Shown: one piece after another, positions 46,750 through 57,085 of the stretch
Layout of the letters: each line of letters opens with the position of its first letter
Numbering within the stretch: the stretch's first letter is position 1
Assembly (NCBI GenBank): GCA_963722505.1
Contig: CAVRMW010000008.1
Coordinates: forward strand, 801,109-865,108
Length of the DNA: 64,000 nucleotides
Source of the DNA: an uncultured Cytophagales bacterium
GTDB taxonomy: Bacteria > Bacteroidota > Bacteroidia > Cytophagales > Spirosomataceae
Reading direction: 5' to 3'
The notes under the pieces: generated by a model
The model's database searches: none
Told to the model about the DNA's origin: nothing
The model's input: only the letters and a program-made list of their open reading frames with translations
Program-made: the position numbers and the translations under genes

Positions 46750-49700
46750 TTACTCCTTAACAACTTTCATTACACCAGTCATCAGTCTCCAGTGCCCCGG
46801 AAATGTACAAACGTATGGATAGTCGCCCAGATCTTTTGGAACAACAAATCGCAGACGATAAGTTTGTTCAGGATTTACAAGTGGTGTTGAAGCGATAATC
46901 TGCGGAATGTTTGGTACGTAATTTTTCTCTGCACCGTCTTTTGCCGTGATCATTTTATCAGCTGCTGCGCCGATGATTTCCTTTGTTTTTGGTTTCCCAA
47001 CAACGATGTTATGCTGCATCGCATCCGGGTTTTCAAAAACAATTTCAACCGTTTTCCCTGCAACAGCAGTAAATTCAGTAACGCTGAATTTCATCTCTTC
47101 ACGAATCGCTTTAATGCGAACGATCTGAACATTAGGATCGGCTGCAACTTCATCTTTAATGCCATAAGATTCCATCAAAACATTAAGTTTTGCACTTAAA
47201 TCATCCTGCGTATTTGCTTTTACAGTAGCCAATAAAGTACGATCCGCAGCTGTTGCAGTTTCCTTACGTTTTGGATTCCATGCGCCAAGAACACCTTTCA
47301 TAACCGCATTTCTTCCTTGTGGATCAAGATATTGTGCAGTATTAATCAGATCAATAACTTCACCTCCGGTAGCATAAGAAGTATAACCACGGGCAGCACG
47401 TTCCAGAGAAAAGTCAGACAAACGATCCAGACGTTTTACTTCAAAACTTTTGGTTAACGTGTTGTTTCTGTTTTCGTCTTTTTCAGGAACAACGTTATCA
47501 ACATCAACAGTTGCCGTAACATTTACTTTCCCTGCTTCATCAGATGAAAATCCAAAAGTACTTCTCCAAGGACCGTTATTCCCTTCTGTCAATTTAATCG
47601 TTTCGCCGGGAGCAATGCCATTAACAAGCTGTCGGCTAACATAATTGGAATTTAAAGAGCGACTTCTGATACCAACATTTACAACCGGAACAAGATCTTT
47701 CGGAACAGCAACACTTCCCTGATTCGTAATTTCAATCGTCACTTTGGCATATTCACGAACATATGGCGTAGCTGGCTCAATAGTAATATTCGTGATCGCC
47801 AATTCCGCAGAACCCTGAACGGTAACTTTATTTGCCTCGTGACCATCATGGTTCATTTTTGAATGATCCATTGCCATTTTGTCTCCACCGGTAGTAGAAG
47901 GCTTTTGTAATTTTGCTTTTTTTACACGTTCAGCTAAATAATCTTTACGAAGTTTTCCGTCGTGAGAATTCAGAATCGCAGCAAAAGCATCCGGCATCCA
48001 GCGATCATCCGCTTGTGCATAAGTATCAAGCAACCCAAGCACAGCGGTTTCGATTTCTGGCGTCAAAGGAATTTCACTGAAAGCCAAAAGACTGTTTAGT
48101 ACTACCAATGGCTCTTTATCATGCAAAGCGTCAACAGCAAGCAAAGTTTTTCCTGTTGCTGCCGTACGTGGTAAAACCTGAACCGCTGTCTTACGAACGG
48201 CGTTGCTTGGATGTTTCAATGCACCTGTAACAGCAGCCAGAACTGCCGGATCTTCAATGGCATTTAATCCATGTAAAGTCCATAATGCATGAATTAGCAG
48301 CAGTATTCAATCCAACTTCATCAACCGATTTATCATTAACCAAAGCAATTAATTGAGGAACAACATCTTTTTGTCCGCGTTCAACCAACAATCTTTGTGC
48401 ATGACGTCTCCATAACATATTGTTATTTTTCAAAGTCGCAACCAATTCTTCCGGACGACTTTTGCTCAAAGAAATCGGTGTATAAGCCGGCGCTTTTTTA
48501 TATGCCACACGATACAAACGACCATGTGTAAAATCACGTAAATCTGTTTCATATGCATTACCAGCACCATTTTCAGATCCTTTTGGAGTCGGGTTATGCT
48601 GAATGATGTAGCTATACCAGTCTGCAATCCAGACAGCTCCATCCGGACCAACTTCTGCAAAAACAGGAGCTACCCATTCGTCGGCACCAGCAAGAAGGTT
48701 GAAACCAAGATTATCTTCATAATCCGTTCCTTTTTTTACCATCATATTCTGGTGAAGAATGTGACCTGTTGGCTCAGAAACGAATGCTACATTGTTCCAG
48801 TATTTTTTCGGAAATGCACGGGCAGTATAAAAATTTTGTCCCGCAGCAGCCGTAAATCCACCAAAAACATCAACCTGACGAACTTTTGGCGTAATTGGCT
48901 GCATGTCTTTATGCGTATCCGTACTGCGACTTCCGTTATCAACTTTGCTCGCTCCAAAATAACGATTTGGAATTGCACTGTACCAGCCGTGAGAGTTGTT
49001 TGCAGTTGATCCAAATAAATCACCAGCTTCATTGAAACCTAAGCCCCAGGTATTGTTTGAGGTTTTAGCAACGATTTCCATATCCGAACCATCTGGTTTG
49101 AAACGGAAAAGTGCCTGTCCGAAATCCAGAGAATCGCTTTTTCCAACTTTTCCTTTAAAACCGGAATAACCTACCGATCCATAAACCCAGTTGTCAAAAC
49201 CATAATGCATATTGGAAGGCCCTGCATGCGTATCACCAGTTCCAAAACCGCTGAAAAGAATTTTCTTCACATCAGCTTTGTCATCACCATTGGTATCCTG
49301 CAAAAACAACATATGAGGAGCCTGAGAAACGATCAGACCGCCATTTGCAAAAACAAGTCCGGTTGGAATACTCAAATCATCAGCAAATTTTGTGAATTTA
49401 TCAGCCTTACCATCCTTGTTGGTATCTTCACAAATCAGGATATAATCGCTTCCGCCTGTGTCTTTACGTTCGTTTGGATAATCTTTTGTGATCAATACAA
49501 ATAATCTTCCACGCTCGTCCCAGGTCATTGCGATCGGGTGCATTACGTCAGGTTCGTGCGCGAAAACATCAAGTGTAAAATCTACCGGAATCTGAATATG
49601 TTTAACTGATTCTTCCGGAGAAAGCGGTAATTGCTGCAATTGAGGACCAGGGCGTTGTTCATAGTTTGGAAGTTTTGCTTCGCGATACTCGAAAAGGCTG

Positions 49701-50480
49701 TGGAGCCAAAGCTACAAAAGCCTTTTTTGCATCGTCATTAACAGCCCAAAGAATTCCTTTTTCAAGCAGATCCTGAAAACCTGGCGTTGCCCAGGTACGT
49801 TCGTCGTGTCCGTAAGCAGTGTAAAAAACGCGTCCTTTTCCATGCGTACGAACCCATGTATAAGGTTCTTTTTCTACGCCTGGTTTGTCTTTGGCCTGAT
49901 CTTTCTGGATGATGCGTTCCGTTAGAATTACATTATCCGGTTGTAATAATTTATGTAAATAGGTTTCATCAACCGTTTTGAAAGGTTTTACACCTGCAAT
50001 GGCAGGATGATCAGGTTTTGTCCAAACCGGTTGAATAGTATCCCAGGTATGTCTCCAGAATTGTCCGCCGATCAGCTTTACAACTTCCGGATTGTTACGG
50101 AAACAATACGAAGCACAGTGAACCGGAACAAAACCTTTTCCGCTCGCAACATAATCCAGTAATGCTTTTGCCTGCTGTGGAGCAATAGAATCCCAGTTTG
50201 CATAGAGCATTAATGCATCATATTTGTTTAATGTTTCAGGATTAAGGTCGTTCAAATCGTCCGTATAAGTGAAGTTGATTCCCTTTGGCCCTAATGCAGC
50301 CATAATCTGGGGAACGCGTTCAGAGGATTTGTGATGACCGATGGTATCACCCAGGAATAAAACCTCAATCCTGCGGCCTTTGGCCTCTGTTTTACTCACA
50401 GCCGCTGTCTGTGAGGATTGATGGACGGCACATCCCAAAAGGAAAATGCCAAGTAAAAAGGATAAGGCTTTGGTTTTCAT
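46750..50480 (-). CDS. Lipoprotein: ThuA-like domain + PVC-type dehydrogenase beta-propeller + HEAT + CARDB-like + C-terminal cupredoxin, frameshifted
   Basis: Lipobox LLGC, GRVFYTAYGHD, WDERGRL, DTN.DGKADK, GPDGA.W.ADWY..IIQHN, type-1 Cu motif HN...CTFPGHWRLM; ORFs 49659-50480, 48254-49639, 46750-48219. Confidence 0.85.
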
Positions 50481-50525
50481 TTAATTGTTAAAATATGTTT
50501 TACTGTTCTTATTCTTTAAATTCTC

Positions 50526-51003
50526 TTAATTGTCCCAAATTGAAATGTCTTGAAAGTCAAACAGATATTGTTCCTGATATTTAATTTCAAAATCATTTAA
50601 CATCTTAATATACTCTTCTTTGAATGTACGCGTCTTGTGATGCATTTCCTGATTTCCAATGTACTTTATTACAGGATCAATCTGTGAACGACTATATGAA
50701 AAAGCACCGTATCCTTTTTGCCAATTAAAACCTGATGGATTGATATTTTTCTTTCAGAAATTTGTTGGAGGATGTTTTAATTTCTTCAACCAAATTTGGT
50801 ATTGAAATCGTCGGATTGTATCCAATGAAAATATGAATGTGATCTGGCATTCCGTTAATAGCCAATGGTTTCGATTTTTGTTTGGTTATAATTCCACCGA
50901 TATAAGCGTACAATTCGTTTTTCCAGGCTTTTTTAATAATGCTTTCTCTGCCTTTGACCGAAAAAACAATTTGGATGTATAGTTGTGTGTATGTGTCTGC
51001 CAT
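50526..51003 (-). mobile_element. tnpA: IS200/IS605-family Y1 (HUH) transposase, REP-associated type; one frameshift in an A-run near 50748
   Basis: IVFSVKGR, MPDHIH (HUH), IK..S; after the frameshift FNWQKGYGAFSYS and KYIGNQ (catalytic YxxxQ); stop TAA 50526-50528. No tnpB. Confidence 0.9.
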
Positions 51004-51025
51004 TTCAATTTTTATAGTGTGTGAG

Positions 51026-51492
51026 TTGTAAATATTTCGGTGCTCTGCACCTTGTCCTGGTTTCGTGTTAATGGTTTGTTTCTACAAATATTACGGTGCT
51101 CTGCACCTTTGCCTGGTTTGTGTTAATGGTTTTTCTACAAATATTACGGTGCTCTGCACCTTTTTCTGGTTCGCGTTAATGATTGCTTCTACAAATATTT
51201 CGGTGCTCTGCACCTTTGCCTGGTTTCGTGTTAATGGTTTTTTCCTACAAATATTTCGGTGCTCTGCACCTTTTTTCCGGTTCGCGTTAGTGATTGCTTC
51301 TACAAATATTTCTGTGCTCTGCACCTTTGCCTGGTTTCGTGTTAATGGTTGTTTCTACAAATATTACGGTGCTCTGCACCTTATTTACCATCAGTAATGT
51401 TGGCGTACTGCATCAGGTGCGGAGCACCGAAATATTTGTAGAGAAGTAATAATCTCCTAACCAATCTAAGGTGCGAAGCACCGTAATAATTG
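51026..51492. repeat. REP-like array: 7 direct 28-bp repeats separated by 25-28-bp related linkers, plus 2 inverted copies
   Basis: Consensus ctacaaatatt(t/a)cggtgctctgcacctt at 51026, 51082, 51135, 51189, 51245, 51300, 51355; inverted copies at 51415-51441 and 51468-51492. Confidence 0.95.
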
Positions 51493-51530
51493 ATGTCAAT
51501 TGGCTACTCTTCAATCCTAACGATAATTTC

Positions 51531-52656
51531 TTACGCATTCTTAAAATCCGGCAATTGAATCAACGCACCACCTTGCAAAGCCGATTCATGCGCCAGAATT
51601 CCAACACTTGTCCAGTTAGCCGATTGCCATGCATTCGGGAATGGATCACGATCTTCTATTAATGCCGAAATAAATTCATGCGCCAAATGTGGATGCGAAC
51701 CTCCATGTCCACCACCCTGAACAAACGAAAGATGTGAATTGTCATCTGCATCATAAACACCGTGACCTGTAAATTGTTGAATTTCAGCAGGCAGCAAATG
51801 TGCATAATCAGGTGTTTTTACGTGTTCTGCAATTTCATGTTCAGGTTTTTTAGCGGTATGAATCACCGGATCTTCACCTTCAATCAATGGCCATTCGAAA
51901 TGATTTTTTACTTCCGTAAACCTCAAAACTTTCACGATACTGACGGGCAACATCAAAAAGCGAACGGTATACATAAGCAGACAAATCACTATCCTTAAAT
52001 TTAATATGTGCCGATTCCACAGCAAAGGGAGAATTATGGATTTTTGCTAGATCTTCGCTGATCGTTCCTGAACCAAAACAGGAAACATATTCAGCTTCCA
52101 GTTTTAATAATCCGGCAACTGGTCCAACGCAATGTGTTGCATAATGCATCGGAGGCAAACCTGGCCAATAGTCAGGCCATCCTTCCATATCCTGCTGGTG
52201 ACTGGCTTTCAAAAATTGTATTTTACCCAGTTCTCCTTTTTCGTATAATTCTTTCACAAACAGAAACTCACGGGCATAAACCACGGTTTCCATCATCATA
52301 TATTTTTTTCCGGTTTCATTACAAACCTTTACGATTTCCATGCAATCTTCAACGCTGGTTGCCATGGGAACTGTACAGGCCACATGTTTTCCGGCGCGTA
52401 ATGCTTTTAAAGTTTGTTCAGCGTGATTTGGAATAGGAGAATTGATATGAACTGCGTCAACTTTTGGGTCATTCAAAAGGTCTTCATAACTTGTGTAGCG
52501 CACATCAATGCCATACTGGTCGCCAACGGCGTTTAATTTCGATTCTGTACGCTGACAAATCGCATACATATTAGCGTTTGGATGACGCTGATAAATAGGA
52601 ATAAATTCAGCTCCAAAGCCGAGACCAACAATAGCAATGTTAATTTTTTGTGACAT
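51531..52656 (-). CDS. Gfo/Idh/MocA family oxidoreductase, frameshift near 51900
   Basis: IVGLGFG, HVACTVPM, PPMHYATH, GGGHGGSHPHL..EF. Confidence 0.9.
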
Positions 52657-52790
52657 ATAAAGTAAAGGATTAAAGATTCGGTTGGTTTAATTTGCAAACT
52701 AAAGCGTGAGTTTGAAAAGGCAGTTTCGTAGATATTTCCAGTTTTGTTGAAAAATGACAAACAGTATTGAGTCATAACTCATTTATCAAC

Positions 52791-52863
52791 AATACAATTT
52801 TACAGCAAAATAATGCTAAAAACTTTCTTTCTTTTGATTAGTAATGACTGTATTTTGACTTTT
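52791..52863 (-). promoter_or_regulatory. Duplicated promoter/AraC operator, copy 1 (upstream of Gfo)
   Basis: Ungapped 60/73 identity to 55913-55985; minus strand contains TAAAATTG, resembling the Bacteroidota -7 box TAnnTTTG. Confidence 0.7.
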
Positions 52864-52954
52864 TTTTAACTTTTAAATCTATTTTAGGCAAAATATAGCT
52901 ATAACGAAAAATGAGGCAAAGTAATATTTCAATCAAAATTATAAATAATAAAAT

Positions 52955-53540
52955 ATGATAAGACCAGCTACGCCTGACGATTCAAATGCCGTAGCACCGC
53001 TGATGATTTTAGCTTTGGGACATATTGCCGGCATTTTTGCAAATTCTGAAAATTATGAAGATGGCAATTCCATTTTATTGAAATGTTTTTCAAAAGAGAC
53101 GACAATCAATACAGTTACGTAAATACGCTGGTTTATGAAAATGAAAATGGCATTGTGGGTTCGGTGACAGGATACGATGGAAAACGGTTGCACGAATTAC
53201 GACAGCCGGTTATTGACGAATTGAGAAAACGTGATCCGGATTTTACGCCAAATGACGAAACGGAAGCGGGTGAATATTATCTGGATTGTGTGAATGTTAA
53301 AGAAAACTGAGCAGGGAAAAGGAATTGGGAAAATATTGATTAGCGCTTTCTGTGATCTTGGGTTTTAGTTTGGGGCATAAACGGATCGGATTAATTGTTG
53401 ATCTGGAAAATCCGGACGCAAAAAAACTTTATACGAATCTTGGTTTTTACGAAGCTGGAACACGGGATTTTATGGGTCACCAATATTTTCATATGGTGAA
53501 AGATTATGATAAAATAGAGGCAAAAGATTTGGCTAAATAG
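52955..53540 (+). CDS. GNAT family N-acetyltransferase, frameshifted
   Basis: MIRPATPDD, NQYSY.N, EYYLD.V.V, QGKGIGK.L, L.VD..NP.AKKLY..LGF. Confidence 0.82.
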
Positions 53541-53620
53541 ATTTAGCGGTATTCTTCATACGCGATGTGAAAAAGCGTTAACTTGTGTTCTCCTAACCTT
53601 TAACAAAGAATCATTTTTTG

Positions 53621-54892
53621 ATGAAAACCCGCCTAATTTCTCTGGACGTCCTGCGTGGACTGACCATTATTCTCATGACGATCGTCAACAATCCGGGCGA
53701 TTGGGGGCACGTTTATTCACCGCTTTTACACGCAGAATGGCATGGCTGTACACCGACGGATTTAGTTTTTCCAACATTTCTTTTTATCGTCGGTGTTTCC
53801 GTCGTTTTGGCTACTCCGCAAAAAATCCTGAATGCAAATTCTTTTCAAAAAATAATAACAAGAACATTGCGGATTTTCTGTCTGGGTATGTTTTTATATT
53901 TCTTCTCAAAGATCCAGGCTTTTGGTTTGGAAGGACTATCGCTCCTTGGAATTAAACTGGTTTTGACTGCAATAATTGTCGTAGCGCTTTTCAGTGATTA
54001 TGACAAAAAACTTCAACTTTACGTAGCACTGGCCGTTTTTATTATCATGATGGTCCTGGCGTTTGGCGGATTTAAAGATTATGAAACTGTCAGGATTCCA
54101 GGTGTGTTACAGCGAATCGCCATCGTTTATTTTATCGTTTCAATATTATATCTAAAAACAAACTGGAAAACGCAGGCGATTTTCGGAGTTGTGGTTTTAT
54201 TGACTTATTGGGCGCTAATGACTTTAATTCCAGTGCCGGGCGTTGGAGAACCAAACTTTGAAAAAGGTACAAACCTGGCTGCCTGGCTGGACAATTATTT
54301 GCTTCCCGGTCATTTGTGGGCGACATCCAAAACCTGGGATCCGGAAGGAATTCTGAGTACACTTCCAGCAATTGGAACTGGTATTGCCGGATTGTTGGTT
54401 GGGACTTTGCTGACTAATTCTTTTTCAAAAGACAAAAAAGCATTGTATTTATTGATAGGTGCAATTTCGGGAATCGTTCTTGGTTTAATCTGGAATATTG
54501 TTTTTCCAATTAATAAAGCATTATGGACGAGTTCTTATGTATTATATGCTGCGGGAATCGCTTCACTTTGCCTTGTTATTTTGTATTACATTATTGACGT
54601 GTTGGGCATTTCTGGCTGGACGAAGTTTTTCGTGATTTTTGGGGTAAATCCGATGGTCGTATTTTTCTTTTCGGGGATTATTCCGCGAGTTTTAAGCGGG
54701 ATAAAAGTGGCTTATCCTAATAATCCTTCTCACGAGCCGATTGGATTGCAGGCATACTTTTACGAATTTCTATTATCTCCGCTTTTTTCGGATCCGATTA
54801 ATGCTTCACTGGCTTATGCGCTCACTTATCTGGCGTTGTGGTTTGTGATTTTGTATGTTCTTTACCGGAATAAGCTGGTGTTTAAGGTGTAA
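53621..54892 (+). CDS. HGSNAT/NagX-like (DUF5009) membrane acyltransferase
   Basis: RLISLDVLRG, HAEWHG.T.TDLVFP.FLF, GVLQRIA, DPEG.LS, INKALWTSSY. Confidence 0.9.
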   Translation: MKTRLISLDVLRGLTIILMTIVNNPGDWGHVYSPLLHAEWHGCTPTDLVFPTFLFIVGVSVVLATPQKILNANSFQKIITRTLRIFCLGMFLYFFSKIQAFGLEGLSLLGIKLVLTAIIVVALFSDYDKKLQLYVALAVFIIMMVLAFGGFKDYETVRIPGVLQRIAIVYFIVSILYLKTNWKTQAIFGVVVLLTYWALMTLIPVPGVGEPNFEKGTNLAAWLDNYLLPGHLWATSKTWDPEGILSTLPAIGTGIAGLLVGTLLTNSFSKDKKALYLLIGAISGIVLGLIWNIVFPINKALWTSSYVLYAAGIASLCLVILYYIIDVLGISGWTKFFVIFGVNPMVVFFFSGIIPRVLSGIKVAYPNNPSHEPIGLQAYFYEFLLSPLFSDPINASLAYALTYLALWFVILYVLYRNKLVFKV

Positions 54893-54952
54893 AATAACGT
54901 GAAGGGTTTGGCAAATTGCTCTTCGATTTTAAAATAACCAGACGCTTTGTTT

Positions 54953-54987
54953 ACCCGTCCGACGGCGGAAAAAGCCGTCGGACGGGT
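54953..54987. repeat. GC-rich 14-bp perfect hairpin (REP-like or terminator) between convergent genes
   Basis: acccgtccgacggc-ggaaaaa-gccgtcggacgggt. Confidence 0.7.
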
Positions 54988-55038
54988 GGCCCGGTCGGAA
55001 TACTTTTCGCAGTCGGGCCGGTATCAAAACTGTGGGTT

Positions 55039-55896
55039 TTAAAGAGAAATTAATTTTGGAATTTGCGGATTTTCAATATTCGATTTGATAAAAGAAAAAC
55101 CATCACGCATGAGTTGTTCTTCTGAGTCAAACATTTTGCGCCAGATATTGGCCACGGGTAATTTTGGACTGAAAGCTTCGATACTGATCCAGCCATCGTA
55201 TTTGAGATCACGAATTGCACCAAAAATTCCTTCCCAATCTACATTTCCTTTTCCTGGCGTGGACCTGTCGTTTTCAGAAAGTTGAATGAAAGAAATCCTG
55301 TCGCCCATTTTACGCATCGTATCACCGATATTTTTTTCTTCAATATTTGCATGAAAAGTGTCAAACATGATTTTGCAATTCGGATGATTTACTTCATCAA
55401 CAAAGCGAATTAATTCATCTCCGCAGCTGGTAAGATATAATTCGAAGCGATTCAGATATTCAAGTCCCAAAGTGATGTCAAGTTCTCCTGCATAATCTGC
55501 CAGTTCACGGATACTGTCAACACCCCATTTCCATTCGTCCGAAGTAGCAGGTTGTCCGGTGAAAACGCCTAATGCGGAATGATAAGGCCCCATTAATTTT
55601 GTTGCACCTAAAACGAGAGAACAATCAATAACACGTTTCAAATGTTCCAAAGTTGATTTGCGCATGGAAGGATCTGCACTGATCAAATGATTATCCGGAC
55701 CACAAATGGTATCGGTTTCGCAGGACAATCCCAGATCGTCCAGTTTTTTGCGAAATTTAAACCAGTGTTCAGGATTTGTATTAAATATTGGTACTTCAAC
55801 CCCGTCAAATCCAATTTCTTTTATCAGTTCAAGGGTAGGGAAAAGTGAGTCGTCAATTTGATTTCCCCAAAGGAGAAGATTCATGCTATATTTCAT
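55039..55896 (-). CDS. Sugar phosphate isomerase/epimerase TIM barrel (ketose 3-epimerase-like)
   Basis: GFDGVE.P, LEYLNRFE, DTFHANIEE, SENDR.TPG.G, IEAF. Confidence 0.9.
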   Translation of the reverse strand: MKYSMNLLLWGNQIDDSLFPTLELIKEIGFDGVEVPIFNTNPEHWFKFRKKLDDLGLSCETDTICGPDNHLISADPSMRKSTLEHLKRVIDCSLVLGATKLMGPYHSALGVFTGQPATSDEWKWGVDSIRELADYAGELDITLGLEYLNRFELYLTSCGDELIRFVDEVNHPNCKIMFDTFHANIEEKNIGDTMRKMGDRISFIQLSENDRSTPGKGNVDWEGIFGAIRDLKYDGWISIEAFSPKLPVANIWRKMFDSEEQLMRDGFSFIKSNIENPQIPKLISL

Positions 55897-55912
55897 GCGG
55901 AGTATTTTTTTT

Positions 55913-55985
55913 AATACAATTTTACAACAACAAAATACTAAATACTTTTCGTCATTTGATTACTACTAGCTGTATTTTGACTTTT
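55913..55985 (-). promoter_or_regulatory. Duplicated promoter/AraC operator, copy 2 (between epimerase and divergent AraC)
   Basis: Matches 52791-52863; core tttgatta.ta.t..ctgtattttgactttt identical at 27/31. Confidence 0.7.
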
Positions 55986-56035
55986 GTATAAATATGTTTG
56001 CTAATTTTGGCAAAATTTAGATAAGTTGTATTGTT

Positions 56036-56896
56036 ATGAAAGCTCCGATCCATAAAAATATTGAAAGTCAGGTACGCCTGGTGACGGTGCAGGAATTAAA
56101 AGAGCCTCATTTTGATCCAAACTGGCATTTTCATCCGCACTACCAGCTTTTCACAGTTTTGGAAGGAACGGGAAAACGTTTGATCGGAGATTCAATTCAT
56201 ACTTTTGAGCCCGGAGATACTGTTTTTCTCGGACCAGATATTCCGCATTTATGGAGAAGTGATCCTGTCTATTTTGGCGGAGATACTGAGTTATTTACCC
56301 ATGGCGTTGTTCTTTATTTTCAGGAAGATTTTTTGGGAAAAGATTTTTTTGAAAAATCGGAAATGCTGGCTTTGAAACAGCTTCTGATCGATTCCAAACG
56401 TGGAATTGCCTATAAAGGAACGTTACGTGATCACATTCGACAAGAGCTTTTAGAATTAAGAAATGCAGAAGGATTTTCAGGAATTTTAAAGCTTCTGACT
56501 TTACTGAATAAACTTGCACATGAAGAAGGCGGCACACCGATAGCCAGTTATGGTTATGTCAATACCTACAAAGTTTCCGAAACGGAAAGGATGCAAAAAG
56601 TGCATAATTATGTGCTTCAGCATTTTGCACAGGAAATAAGGTTGGGAGATGTTGCATCACTGGCCGGTATGAGTGAAGCAGCATTTTGTCGTTATTTCAA
56701 AGCCCGCTCCAACAAAACTTTTATCGATTTTGTAAACGAAATCAGAGTCGGACATGCTTGCAAATTGCTTCTGGAAGACCAATGGACAATCGCGCAAATC
56801 GCCTACGATAGCGGTTTCGATTCTTTATCAAATTTCAACCGGAATTTCAAAAGATATATCGGTCACACCCCAAGAGAATACAAAGGCAATTATTAA
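56036..56896 (+). CDS. AraC family transcriptional regulator
   Basis: WHFHP, G.R.IGD, PH.W, AFCRYFK, SGF..LSNFNR.FK. Confidence 0.93.
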   Translation: MKAPIHKNIESQVRLVTVQELKEPHFDPNWHFHPHYQLFTVLEGTGKRLIGDSIHTFEPGDTVFLGPDIPHLWRSDPVYFGGDTELFTHGVVLYFQEDFLGKDFFEKSEMLALKQLLIDSKRGIAYKGTLRDHIRQELLELRNAEGFSGILKLLTLLNKLAHEEGGTPIASYGYVNTYKVSETERMQKVHNYVLQHFAQEIRLGDVASLAGMSEAAFCRYFKARSNKTFIDFVNEIRVGHACKLLLEDQWTIAQIAYDSGFDSLSNFNRNFKRYIGHTPREYKGNY

Positions 56897-56900
56897 AATT

Positions 56901-57085
56901 TAGCCCTGAAAGGGCGTTATATTTTAGCCACGGGTAACGCCCGTGGGAAATGTGCCATCGTCCATGGGGATGTGCCATTGTCGCCCGTGGGAAATGTGCC
57001 AATAATTAAAATTGATCAAATATAATCGTTGCCGGAAATTATAGGGCGTTACCCTATCCTAAGATATAACGCCCTTTCAGGGCTA
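56901..57085. repeat. REPIN-like element: inverted pair of double-hairpin repeats with internal short tandem repeats
   Basis: Left tagccctgaaagggcgttatattttagccacgggtaacgcccgtgg (56901-56946); right, reverse complement, tagccctgaaagggcgttatatcttaggatagggtaacgccctat (57041-57085). Confidence 0.85.

Noticed and set aside
50526-51003. TnpB/IscB RNA-guided (OMEGA) element
   Set aside because: No RuvC-type ORF next to tnpA; the flanks are metabolic genes.
51026-51382. CRISPR array
   Set aside because: Linkers are near-identical to one another, inverted repeat copies follow, no cas genes are in the window, and the neighbour is a Y1 transposase.
51065-51397. Repetitive ORFs 51065-51397 (+) and 51091-51324 (-)
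   Set aside because: By-products of translating the DNA repeat array.
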